64,000 nucleotides of DNA from Tubiluchus corallicola (lineage: Eukaryota > Animalia > Priapulida). Below the pieces are notes generated by a model that ran no database searches, was not told where the DNA came from, and worked only from the letters and a program-made list of their open reading frames with translations. The stretch spans positions 10,864 through 74,863 of the forward strand of contig JAQGDQ010000966.1 in the NCBI GenBank assembly GCA_030141605.1, in the 5' to 3' direction. Position numbers and translations under genes: made by a program. Below, in pieces: positions 11,248 to 23,704 of the stretch (its first letter is position 1; each line of letters begins with the position of its first letter).

Positions 11248-12419
11248 ATGTCAGGGCATATACATGTTATTCGTTATTTGTGTGCTCACATAGCAAAATT
11301 ATTGGCAAGTAAGCTTCTCTAGTTATTCACGTATCCTGAATCTCCATTTCATGATCATTTCAACACGCCTACCATTGTAGAAATTGCGGTTAGTTTGTGA
11401 CGTAAGAGCGATCGCTATATTCAGTTGCTGTTAATTAACATTTCTAAGCTAATTATTCAAACATTAGAAACAACTGCTAACTCTTATAGGCAAGAAAATG
11501 TAAATTTTGGACAGTATATTAAAATAAGATTGAGTCTAATGAATTGTCCGGTTTTCCTTTAATAAGCGGTACAGTTTTGGATGCACGGGGTGGATTGATT
11601 TTAAATGAGTGCAACGCTTGAGAAGAGGAAATGAACAGTAATCCTATAATCAGTGACAACTGATTAATCTTAAAATGTTAAAATACGTGCTTGCACAGAA
11701 AAATCGTCCATAAGTTGGCAATTATGCTTTTCTAGTTATTCACATATCCTGAATCTCAATTTCTAAGCTGAGATAATCCACGTTGAAGTTGAGGTGCAGG
11801 CTACGCACTGAAAAACATAATCTTAAGAAAATCACTGTTAAAGTCAGCCATTGTTTTTAGCACTTCTACACAACACTTAGCAACCTCGCAAAAGTTGGTT
11901 GCTATGGACTTTGCAAGAGCACATTGAAGCCATATAAGAATCCAGTAGATGGCTCCTCAAGACAAAGAACTGGGCTTGACAACAGAAAAAACCCAAAGCA
12001 AAATGTATAAATACATTCCCTCTATTTGCAGGAATATGTTAAAAATTTCTAAAAGCATTTAAAGCATTTAAAAAGTCTTAAACATATTCACACACGCACG
12101 CACGCACGCATGCACACAGACACACACACATGTAATTTAGAATGTAATGCATTGGGCGCAATGAACGACAACAATCATACACAATACACATAGTTACAGA
12201 TTATAATCCGTCACAACAAACTTAGACAATAAAAGGTAGCGAAATATATTTTAAAACATAGTAACGAAATCTACACGCATTACACACAATGAAAAACACG
12301 TGTACAATTATTAATGCAATTAAACATAATCATAAATAAAAACAAAAAAAACAGCATGCGGGTAACAATGATTGGGACCACCTTGGAAATAAGTACTGAG
12401 TTACCTAACATTTTTCCTT

Positions 12420-13185
12420 TGACCAAATATTTTTCAGTTTGCTGATGACACCACATTCTTTTTCAATTTCAATCAGTTCAGCATTACCAACATAAATAAC
12501 AGTTTTAACAGACATTTCTAACTGGTTTGAATCCAGCAACTAATCTCTTAATCCCACTAAAACTAAGTGCATTCTATTTCGCTCCAAAAATAAACCGATT
12601 CCTTTACATTGCTAGGGATAAGAATGACAAATTGCAAAAAACTCTGAAACAGGTCGGGGGTTTGAGGGGAGTGTAGGACCTCATGGGGGTTCAAGGGGGC
12701 AAAGCCCCCGTTGCAGCCAGCAAGAAATTGCAATTTTGTGACCATAGAGAGCTTCTAAGTGGACTTAAAATACCAGTTACCTTGTTTCATGCATAATTCA
12801 AAATACCCAACTATCAAGGATACATCATACCTAATTGTCTCAAAAACACCTAAGTACTGGCCGCTCCTATGCAAAAGTACATAAAAACTGTCCGCAATTG
12901 ACTCAAATAACTCCGCACAATTGATTCTATATTTCTGTACGTAGAGATATACACGTGGTTACACTGATGTACGTGATGTAACCACAGTGACGGCCTGCCA
13001 ACTAGCGGTCAGTTTGTGAAATAATGTAATGGGGCCGTAAAAATTTTCTCAACGAATTTACGCGATTTACAGAATTGGCACTACTGGTCTTCCAAAACCA
13101 CAGAATTCCGCGTATCCGCGGAAAATTCTCATCCCTGTATATTGATGGACTGCCTATAGAACGTGTTCAGTCTACCAGATTAGTC
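12420..13185 (+). mobile_element. Decayed CR1/L2-type RT fragment split by an hAT-like MITE
   Basis: FADDTT..WFESS..LNPTKTK on the left, continuing as YIDGLPIERVQSTR on the right of the insertion. Confidence 0.5.
12613..13137. mobile_element. hAT-like non-autonomous element
   Basis: TAGGGATAAGAAT ... ATTCTCATCCCTG TIRs; imperfect 8-bp TSD TACATTGC/TATATTGA. Confidence 0.55.
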
Positions 13186-14423
13186 TAAACAGTACTAGAT
13201 AATATCTCTGTTATAATTTGTTCTGTTCTTGTCAAACAGTTAAATAGTTTGTTGTTGCTTATATAGTGTGTATATGAGTCATTTCTGTTGTACTGTTACC
13301 TCACTAGTCATTGCTGTTACCTTGTCATTTCTGTTATTGCCCAAAATTTCTCTATAGTTCTGAAACACTGTCTTTCCTGTCGCAGATGCAAGCATTTAAT
13401 TTACTATTAATTTTGATTGGTAGTTTTAAACTTTAGTTTTTCATTACCACTTAGTCAGTGCTGACATCTGTTTGTACACTTGGAAGTTTTCAATATATGT
13501 ATGTACTTACTACTGCTATATGTTTGTATGGAACTGGGTTACTGGGCATCTCCGTGAATGTAGTAGTTTCTCACACTTGGTAGCAAGATTAGAGGACAAG
13601 CAATAGTCTTAAACAGTTGTGTGGTTATAATAACGTTTTGACTCAGGTGTGGCTGATGGATTTACTTTAAATTTTGTTTACTACTGTTGATTATGTTTAC
13701 CATTTTCGTGTATATGTGGACTGATTATGAGACTATGATTTTGAGTAAAATATAGATTGCAAAGTTAAACCATGTTTTCATCAAGTGATTTCATCTGTTT
13801 AACACGAACATCGCAACTACAAAAACAGTCTGATAAACCTGCCAATGTCGGTTGTTAGCTCTCCCCAAAACACAACAGCGACAACTTTAGCGTCACAACA
13901 TTTCCTGAGCAATGAAGTGTTACATCTAATTCATTTTTATTACCATTACATTCCTACAATGTGATATGTTTTCATCCTTCCTCATGAATGAGCTACGTCC
14001 ATTCAAGATGCATGTCAGATGCAAACACTGCCCAGCAAATGTGAAAACCAGTTCAACATATAAAAATGTTGCATTTGTATAAAAATTTGACCAGATATTT
14101 ATAGCAAGGGACAAAAAATATATTTTATGCGACAATTGGTTTATGACACTGCTTGATGTTTATAGGTTGTATTGCATACCTCATGTCTGTAACAGTAATG
14201 ACAAAAGTAATTATTCAGATGACTTTAAAATGGTCATAGTAAATTTCTATGTGTTTTGAGCTCTGTCAGTATCCTTTTTGTATACAAGGGAACCTTATTA
14301 ATAACAGGGAAGAATAACTTTAAGAACATCTTTCCAGTCATTTGGCAGATTTTTTCACATCTGTCTTGCACGTTCTGTAGAGAATGACCCATTTACAAGA
14401 ATTATATCGATTAACACTAGCAG

Positions 14424-14480
<57 letters not shown>
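14424..14480 (+). repeat. (CT)n microsatellite
   Basis: Direct reading. Confidence 0.95.
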
Positions 14481-14484
<4 letters not shown>

Positions 14485-14892
14485 GTTACGTTAGTAGAAG
14501 GACAGCAGAAAAGTGAGAGTCCTATTAAATACATGTAAAACTAGATGTACTACGTGATTACCATGGGAATTGTGGAGGGATGGTGGCAAAAGAGTACCAA
14601 TTAAATTTCATGCAGATATGCATCAGTAATAGCAGACGTTTTCAGTGCTGTTTAGTACTACGAGTACTTAGTAGTAGTACTGATTAGAGTAGTAGTAGAC
14701 TGACTTAGATAATTTTATGGATAAATTTAACTTACTTAGTAGCAGAATGACTTGAAGCTGAAGTTTTGAAGTTTTATTATTATCACATTCAGTATAATGT
14801 AATGGCATTAAGCACACAGTGACATCAAAATTGTTCCATCATACTGTATTAAATTGTTATGTTTCATACACTATCGTTATCATAAAAGAATA

Positions 14893-15398
14893 CAGTTATA
14901 CCTCAGTTTTCGACCATAATTCGAGTTTAAAAAGTGTTTGAAAACCGATCTGGTTGAGTACCGAATCATTTATTCTCATATGAAATAATGTAAAAGCAAA
15001 TAATCCGTTCTCAAGCACCAAATGAACTGTAAAGTATTACTAAAACGAAATATAATAATGCAAAAATGCTTATTTAGACAGTAGATGTGATATTATTGAT
15101 ATGAAAAACATAATAGAATTCCTTAAAAAGAAAAACATAATTATTCCTGCATGAAAAAACCTTACGTGTTGGTAGCAGTGTGATGGTATACGTAAGCAAG
15201 AGCAGAAACACGTGTGTGACTACTCTTGGGTGCGGTCGGTTACGTTCGGCTCTACTCTGCTCGCTGCACATGCGTTCATCATGTGCTTGGCGGTTGGTCG
15301 AAATTCTGGTCGAAAGCGGAGGCAATTTCAGCTGGAATTTTCTGGTTGAAAATCGATTTGTACGAGTACTGAGATGTTCCAAAACCGAGGTATGACTG
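14893..15398. mobile_element. Tigger/pogo-like MITE
   Basis: TA|CAGTTATACCTCAGTTTT ... AAAACCGAGGTATGACTG|TA; the empty site with a single TA is visible in the inverted paralog at ~17976. Confidence 0.85.
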
Positions 15399-16253
15399 TA
15401 ATTGTACTGCAGTGGGTTAGAGAAGCAAAGGCTTGTATAAGCCCACTGTCATGTGAACTCGATAAAAAAAGAATGGATGAGTGAAAAGAAAGAACAAAAA
15501 AATCATTTCGTATTTTTCATTTCATTTTAATGCTTCTTTGTTGCATAGCCTATTTAGCTATTTCGCTTTCAAGTTTAATTTATTCCCCCATAAATTTATG
15601 TTAACAGTTGATTTTGCTAACCTACTTCATAACTATATTACACTTTTAATTAGCAGCACTACAAATTTTTTACAAGTTACACTAACCTAAGAAGGGTAGC
15701 TGACTCGATGACCAATTGATCTTTCACTACCCCTTCTCCTGCACCCCCCTAACTCTTTCCTTTATGCGTAATTTATCCTTTTTAATTAATAACTATAAAA
15801 TAATAGTCTATTTGTATTCTGGTGTAAATGAGGAGATAAATAAAAATGTCTATGTCTATGCCTATGTTAACTTAATAAATGGCATAAACGAACACAAAAA
15901 AGATAATTTAAAGAAAGAAAAAATATGGAAACACAAAAATGAGAAAATGAATGAAAGTTATTAATGAGAATTATCTATACATAATTTTCAAAATAAAATT
16001 TAGATGCCTTCAAAGTGGGATTGGCAAGTTTATATATAAATTAGCTTGTTTGTCCAATTTTTTTAAATCATTATAGCTTTTACATAAAAGTTGATTTAAT
16101 TCATTTATTAATTAATTCATCGTTCAGAGACATTGGTCATGGAGAAGACTCAAAATCGCAACTGTAACGTAAAAGAAGAGACGGGGTGGCAAAAAGACCA
16201 AGGGCCACCAAGTCAACCACCCCTATCCAAACTGAAGAAAATTAAGTGACCTG

Positions 16254-17627
16254 TTAGTAGTAGTAGTAGTAGTAGTAAATCTCCAGTAGTTATAATATAA
16301 CTTTTGAGACAAATAGTTCTTCGACTGTAATTGCGACAAATTGCACATTTAATAGATTGTCATCAACACCTAGGTGACTCCACTGGCAAGTTTTCTCACT
16401 ATAATATATAATCCAGCATCCTTGTTATAGGCATGTTCCAATTAGCACGGTGATTAAATTTCAATGGATGATGTTCATAGTGTCTATCTAATTTTGATTT
16501 AAATAAATTTACAGATGTTGCTGTTCTCACATCACAGGGCAATCTATTCCAGATTTCTGGCATCGTACAAGAAAAATAGTCGTATTTACCAGTTTTGTGT
16601 GCAGTTCTTGATTTATGAAGAATAGGACCTGATCTTGCTGTACGATGTACTTCTAATTTAACAGGACAATCATCACAGCTGTAAACTCCAGATACATATT
16701 TGTATACATCAATTAGTTGGCCACGTAAACGTCTAAAAGCTAATGTAGTTAAACCTATTCGTTTTAACTGACTTTCATACGTCAAGTTCATTAGTTCCGG
16801 TAACATGTTGAAAGCTCTCATTTGGACAGTTTCGACTGGGTCCACTATATATGCCCTAGGACTATTCCAAATACTACTTCCATACTCCACTTTTGATCGC
16901 ACAAGTGCCACATATAGAAGCTTGAAAGTTTGCAGATCTAGGTACTTGAAATTCCTCCTTATTAAAGCATTGTTTCGTTTGGCACTCTTTATGATTTCTG
17001 CTATGTGATCTTTAAAATTTAGTTTATTATCAAGTAATAATCCAAGGTCTTTCTCACAAGCACTAAAGTCCAATTCTGCCGGAATGCCACTTGCATCATA
17101 CATTTTGTATTTATATTCATATCCTGCTCCCACAGATACAACCTTACACTTGTTGGGATGGAACTGCATACCATTTTCAACTGCCCAATCACAGAGCCCT
17201 TCTAGATCCAAATGAAGATCATTACAGCTGGTAAAAGAATCAGATTCAGACCAGATTTTGCTGTCGTCGGCAAAAAGACGAAGAGAATTACTCACACAAC
17301 TAGGCAAGTCATTTATAAATACCACAAATAAACAAAGACCTAATACCGAACCTTGCGGTACACCACTAGTAATCAAGGACTCAGTCGATTTGTAACCATC
17401 AACACACGTACATTGACTTCTATTTCCTAAGAAGTTTACTATCCACTGTAAAACTGAACCAGTTATACCACAATTTTTAAGTTTTGCAAACAGAAAGTGA
17501 TGAGGTACAACATCAAACGCCTTTTTCAGGTCCAGTAGTATTATATCAAAAGGCTTATTAGCATCTTTTAACTCAAACCATGCATCGTAACATTGTAACA
17601 GTTGGGTAACCGTTGTTCTACCCTTAA
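16254..17627 (-). mobile_element. 5'-truncated CR1-clade non-LTR retrotransposon with open RT frame (17625 to stop at 16399), 3' UTR and (TAC)n tail
   Basis: LDLKKAFDVVPH, GVPQGSVLG, LFADDSK, EKDLG, VRSKVEYGSSIW, LAFRRLRGQL motifs; (TAG)n on plus at 16254-16277. Confidence 0.93.
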
Positions 17628-18270
17628 TATTATGTTATATTACTTATGTTAAGTAAGGTATGTACAAATGAAAATAATCAGCAACTTAACAAAACAAAAA
17701 AAATGAGGCAACAAGTTTAAATGAGTCATACCACAATCCTGGTACAGATTATGCAAAACAAGGCATCATTGATAAATCTTTAGAACTGATGTCAACATAG
17801 CGCAATCTATTATCTTTCTTCCTACTGTTTCCACTAACACATCCTTCTACCCTTCCTGTGTGATGTAACCTTTCTCCCAGTTCTTTTTTGTTCACTCATC
17901 CATTCTTTTTTTATCGGGTTCACATGACAGTGGGCTTATACAAGCTTTTGCTTCTCTAGCCCACTGCTGTACAATTATTCTTTTATGATAACGATAGTGT
18001 ATGAAACATAACAATTTAATACAGTATGAAGTAACAATTTTGATGTCATTGTGTGCTTAATGTCATTATATTGTACTGAATGTGATAATAATAATAATAA
18101 ATAAAATAATAAAAAAAAATAGAAACACTAAATAAATTTGGCAATGAAAAGAAGCAAAATTTACATTAGCAAACAAAACGGAAAATTTAAACTCATCAAA
18201 AAAAACTTATGAGCATATTTTAAAGCACAGATATCAAATTTCAAAATTATTAAAACAGAACAAAACTAAC

Positions 18271-18433
18271 CGCGAAATAGAGACTTGCGCAACAGTTCCC
18301 TCACATTGCTTCTGACGAAGACCAAAGGCAGGCGATGACATGACCTGCATTGGCCAAAACTTGACAGCGTTATAATTGCCAAGATATGCGAGTGTTTGCA
18401 AACAACAACGCGCCTCAGAAATATGTTCGCCAT
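18271..18433 (-). CDS. POLRMT: POLRMT probable first coding exon, mitochondrial targeting peptide-like (MANIFLRRVVVCKHSHILAIITLSSFGQCRSCHRLPLVFVRSNVRELLRKSLFR)
   Basis: ATG, R/S/L-rich with one acidic residue; donor G|gttagt is phase 1, matching exon 2. Confidence 0.6.
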
Positions 18434-19199
18434 ATATGAGTTGGAAACTGCAAACGTTTTATTCGTTCAGAAATAAACATATCAGCTAAGCGCTCACGTG
18501 AAATTACAGTCCGCTGACATGTTGCTTCTTTTTCTTTTACGTTACAATTGCGATTTTGAGTCTTCTCCGCGACCAATGTCTCCAAATACCTATTTTACGC
18601 AATGCGTAGTCAGAATTCTGGACGATAAATTAAATCAACTTTTATGCAAAAGCTATAATGATTTTAAAAAATTGGACAAACAAGCTAATTTATACATAAA
18701 CTTGGTAAACTCCTAAACAGAAAAATATTGTTTTCCTACGAGTAGCCTAAATTGTCGCAGGTCAAGAATGTGCTGACACGCGGGTTTTAAACACGTGATA
18801 ACTGACAATACGTACAGCAGTGAGCAACAGTACTCTTTCTACCGAAAGTACAGCGTCTTATCTCGGACATGTGTACATGGCCGCATGCACACAGCAGCCA
18901 AACACCACGTTGCAGGGCTGTGAAGAAAAGTGTACTTCCCTCTCGTGCTCCGGTTCAGCACAAGTGTAAATAAAAAATACTTATTATATTGAGTATTATC
19001 CATAATAATGTGTGAGAACAGGGGGTGCTGCAGTTCCACAGTACCTGCACAGGTGCCGCCACTGCTGTGAATGTACTGAAACTATTCAGTTTGACATCAT
19101 ATATCTATTTTTCAATGTTTTTTTTACTGATGTTTGCTTACTTGTTTTGTAATTTCAGTTTATCATCATACTTTTTCAAAAAAGGTAATAGCGAGACTT

Positions 19200-19535
19200 A
19201 AATCATTGTTATTTTGAATTTGTTGTCTACTACTTTCTTCTTTTAGGTGGAGTAATTTGAGTAACTGACATTTTGTTTTATCAGATACATCGCCCGTAAA
19301 ATGTATAGACAAGCGAAGTAAAGTTTCGAGAATTTGAAAAAATCGACATATTGCATTTTCACTTTTATTTCGTAGTGAGACAATGCGCCTAAAATAAACA
19401 ACTGAAAGTATTTTGTGCACAAAACATATTTAGAAAAAGTCATAGAAAAGGTTTACTGAGATGCGTATGGTAAAAGGGTAAAATGCAAAAAACCGGTCTG
19501 AGGGTAATTATTTACACCCTGGTGACCCTATAAGG
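19200..19535. mobile_element. piggyBac-like MITE right end; related copy ~49449-50035 carries the left end
   Basis: GACCCTATAAGGG|TTAA here and TTAG|CCCTTATAGGGTC at 49445; 19200-19510 matches 49735-50035. Confidence 0.6.
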
Positions 19536-19697
19536 GTTAAAACGCTGACATCATAACACCAGTTAAGTTAACTAGTCAATTAACTATATGGGGTAGGTTA
19601 TCAAATTATTTTTGAAATGAATCTTTCACCACGAGTAAGCGAAACTCGATGATCATATGAGAGGCATGGAAAGGAAGTGGCAAGAAATATTTATTAA

Positions 19698-19765
19698 CTA
19701 GGATTTGAACTCGGGACCTCCTGTTTACAAGACGGGTGCTCTTACCAACTCAGAAACCAAGAAAA
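19698..19765 (-). pseudogene. tRNA-Thr(TGT)-like pseudogene or SINE head
   Basis: Minus strand GAGTTGGTAAGAGCA..CTTGTAA..GGTCCCGAGTTCAAATCC; acceptor stem degenerate. Confidence 0.55.
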
Positions 19766-21183
19766 GCAACCTTAGTCTTAATCTCTTTACAGCAAGCATT
19801 CTTCCCGTGCTTTGAGTCGAACCACAAAAATTGCAAACAATAAGCTCACCTGTGTAAAAGACTTATGTTACTAGATTGGCAAATTCTTAATAATTTAAAA
19901 AATTCCTAGTGTGCACCACGGATTCACCAAAAAATACATTCTTAATGTTATTCTCAATATCGAGTAAATTAAATTCATATAATGTGTGCTACAAATGCTC
20001 TGATTACTTTTCAAATTTTAAGCGATGTTATGTAAACTTGTTTCATACGACCAACCATCAAAATGGCTGCATCAACTGATCATCACAGGTGTTTAAAGGA
20101 CAAGAAAAGGCCTAGTTAAAGCACGTCTCAGAAAATGTTCGCTAAAGAATTATAACGGTTAGAGGCAATTTTAAGCGTTTATCATACTCACGTTAAAAGA
20201 ATTTCCTGTTTGTTTTCATTTTAAATACTCCCGCGAGACTGTCATGGCGGCACCATATTGGATGGCGTCACAGAACTACGACCCAAATGTTTATAGTACA
20301 CGTGCTCAGAACTCACTGCAACTGTGTTCGAGTATCATCATCGTCGTCGCCATTTCTGGTCATGGATATTTTTATCTCTAACACCAAAAGTAAAAAAATA
20401 CACGAAACTAGATTGGAATTTTATACGAACTCATGTGTTTTTACAAACGCAACGTGTGATAAGTAATTGCCGGGCCAACAAGATTATAATGTTTATTTTG
20501 CAACAGAAATCTCTCACTTTATTTCTCACTGAGTTACTTTAATCCCCTCTTATTCATTAATTCTCTTAAACCCGTGTTCAAACTACGGAGTTTTCTCCCC
20601 AAGTAACTCGTTAAATAACTCGCAAGTGTGTTCAGACTTTGGTGCGAGTTGCTCTCACACATTGACGCTGCAAAGAGTGTAGTGAGTAACACTATAGTGT
20701 CGAAACGTTCACACTGAACAGGCAGCAGCTGGTAGAGTTTGAAAAAACCTACTGACGGCAACTCACACAGCAGTTCACACTTGCTAGTTTACTGTCAGAG
20801 AGAAATTTTGGTGTATTAACAAAAAATTTACTATCAACGTACTTGTAATGCATTTCTTGAGCTTTATGTAAGTGGAGAGTTTTCTTGTGTAAGTTATTCA
20901 TCTACGTAGACTGGACAAACTAAAGAGTTATTTTTCTTAGTCGGGGTCATAAGTTTATAAACCAAGGGTACAAAGGTCACAGTTAGTTGTTTGTACAAGG
21001 TGAGGCAGCGTTGACGTGACTGTATAAAATTATGACTGTATGTTTACCTTTAATGATTGTAGAACATAAAACTGATAAAAAAAACAAAGTTTAAATTATT
21101 TCATGTCGTGTCTGTAGTTACACCAGCCATTTATGCAAGTTCTCGATCAGCAGAGATGTCAGAAAATTCTAGTAGTAAAAGAA

Positions 21184-22426
21184 ATGGCAACTTCATTAGA
21201 CGAGCCACAAACTCCAGCTGAAAGGGTTGATGCGATGGACGACTGGAACGAGAGATATGATTATGTTTTTGGTAACGAAGATTTCCAGGAATTATGTGAT
21301 GTAACTTTTTCAGTTGGTGAAACCATCATCAACGCTAGTCGGTACGAACTTGCACGCAGAAGTGACGTTTTTAAGAGGATGCTGTTTGGGCCGCTGTGTC
21401 ATAAACTTGATGATGTCAAACCAATAACCGATGTTGAACCTGAAGTGTTCCTGCTGCTTTTGAGATTTATTTATACTGACAAAGCTGAATTAACTGGTGA
21501 TAATGTACTTTCGGTACTTTACTTAGCTAAAAAATACAACATTCGTGAACTTGAAAAATTGGCTATTGATTTCCTTAAATCTGAAATCACAACTGACAGT
21601 GTTTGTACCATTCTGACAGCTGCTTGTTTCTATGAAAGGCGAGATGTAGAGATGAACTGTTTGGAGGTCATTAGGTGTCGAGACGGAAGAAATTATAAAG
21701 CCCGACAGTTTTACTTCCTTGAGCTACGACAGCTTATTGAGGATTGTCAAACTTGATGAACTGACAATTAGTGAAGAGGGGAAACTATTTGACGCAGTTT
21801 TAAGATGGGCTGATGCTGAATGTAAGCGAAAGAAACTAGAGCAAAATGTGTTCAACAAGAGAGCAGTCTTGGGTGACATTTTGTTGCAGATCAGATTTCC
21901 CACAATGCACCCAGAGTTATTCATCAAAGGTCCGGTAGCAACTGGAATATTAAATGCCGAGGAGCAGGCAAATGTTCTAATCAATTATCATCAAAAAGAG
22001 GCATCAGAATCAATATTTCCAAAAACCCAGAGAAACTACGGAGAAGTCGTGTCAGTCATGTGCGCTGTACCTGTTGGGGAAATTGATTATGATATTGAAA
22101 TTGATGCTGATAAGCTTGCCATTGCTCTTTTCAAATGTAATTATGAAAACTGCTCCACTAACCGTGCTGAACGCTGTTGCTTGAATTTACTAGTTCGTCC
22201 TTTCTGGTCTTCTACGTCTTGGCCTTTTCGTAGCATGTGTAAGAACAGTTACATTGAAGTAATTAACAATAATCCACAAAGGTCACTCAAAACTGTCCTA
22301 AATGAAGATAAAGAGAGGACCTGGGAGGCAAGAAATATTGCACAGTTTAGAACCGTCATTGACCCTGCTTCCGGGTTTATTAATGACGGACAATTTCGCA
22401 TAAAAGTTAATGTGCTGCTTAGATAA
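21184..22426 (+). pseudogene. BTB/POZ-BACK protein (BTBD1/2/3/6-like N-terminal half) with MATH-like C-terminus; one frameshift near 21676-21680 (pseudogene or sequence error)
   Basis: CDVTFSVG..LARRSDVFKRMLFG..ITDVEPEVFLLLLRFIYTD..VLYLAKKY; after the shift ETEEIIKPDSFTSL..LFDAVLRWADAEC..IRFPTM; ends IDPASGFINDGQFRIKVNV. Probable 5' UTR intron ~20868-21117, AATAAA at 22561. Confidence 0.8.
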
Positions 22427-22691
22427 TAAATTAAAAGGAAAACCATTTCTTGAAGCTGATACACGACTACGATCGTCTTTAGAACAATGTATTTTAAATC
22501 TAACTAAAAAATGTTGCATTAATTGTGAAATGATACATAAAAAAGTTTGTTACCTCAACAAATAAAATGTTAGTGCAATCGCTAATTAGACAATTAATGT
22601 CAATTAATTAATTGCCCGACAACGGGAGCTTCGGCTGGGTCGGAATGGCTATGATGAATACCAGAGCGACCTCAGACCACGAAATACGCGT

Positions 22692-23704
22692 TGTGAAGTA
22701 AACCTGTATCTCCCAAGTTTACTAGCTGGGCTCCGCAATGAGACGCTTCAATATGAATATGATTTATGGTAGATTCGAGTGACAGATAGTGTCTCTACGA
22801 GTATGCAAGGTTTCTGAGTAATACTATGGCCGCACAAATCAAAGTGAACACGCTATTGACGATGACATACAGGTTTATTGATTAGACAAATTTATGGTTT
22901 AACAATAACAACATTCAAATAAACCTACGCTTGTTACGTTTACAACAAATAATCCGAATTTCACGACTGCAGTGTCGCTATACAATTCAATATAATATTC
23001 TACAATTCCGAGACAACTGTTAGTTTAATCAGTAAATACCATCTTCCACAGTTAAGTACAAATTACTTAACAATACTATATAATGTTTAAAGTTACTTAA
23101 CTCAGGGACTGCCAATCTTACAAGTTCTTTCAATTGGCCAAGTCCTGTTCCTATCTCGAGCCGTTCTAAGCTTCAGTGGTTGGAGTTCCAACGATGCAGA
23201 TGTTCACTCAACGCTGAGCAATAGAAACGATCTCCTACCTTCAGAGTTTTCTGTCTGAGAGTCCACCCCGTCACCTTCTTGACATCGACCAGAATTCGAA
23301 CCAACAACCACTAATCTTTCGTGCACCGTCCTTTTGAACCTCGAGTCATGTGACAAGACACACTCCGTGGCTGGTCATCAGAGCATTCTGACTTTTTAGT
23401 GCTCTATTGATCTGACCATCTAAGTATCCCGACTTAATACATTTACTATCAGTGGGACAAGGTCCCATAATGGTACTGTTCCAAAATTTCATAGCCCTAC
23501 TTTCAGTCCTCATTAACGTTTACTAAATTAGTTCGGAGCTTGTCTGTACCTAGATGATCAACATCGTATCCTTAATCATGGACAATGGGGTTACCACCTG
23601 CTATTTAGCTAGGAAATCGGTGGACTATGGTAATGAGTTACAAATTACCTCTTAACTTTACCCTATCTGAAATAATATAGGCCAACCGCCTTTTAGATTT
23701 CACA
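22692..23704 (-). mobile_element. Possible solo LTR
   Basis: TGTGAA...TTCACA ends, minus-strand AATAAA near 22875, flanks GCGT/GAGT. Confidence 0.3.

Noticed and set aside
13839-13925. Candidate extra POLRMT exon in intron 1
   Set aside because: Contains a stop in the phase needed to join the flanking exons.
22614-22690. C(UUCG)G hairpin and TGATGA...CGAAA resembling an HDV or hammerhead ribozyme
   Set aside because: No pseudoknot pairing or hammerhead stem II could be built by eye.
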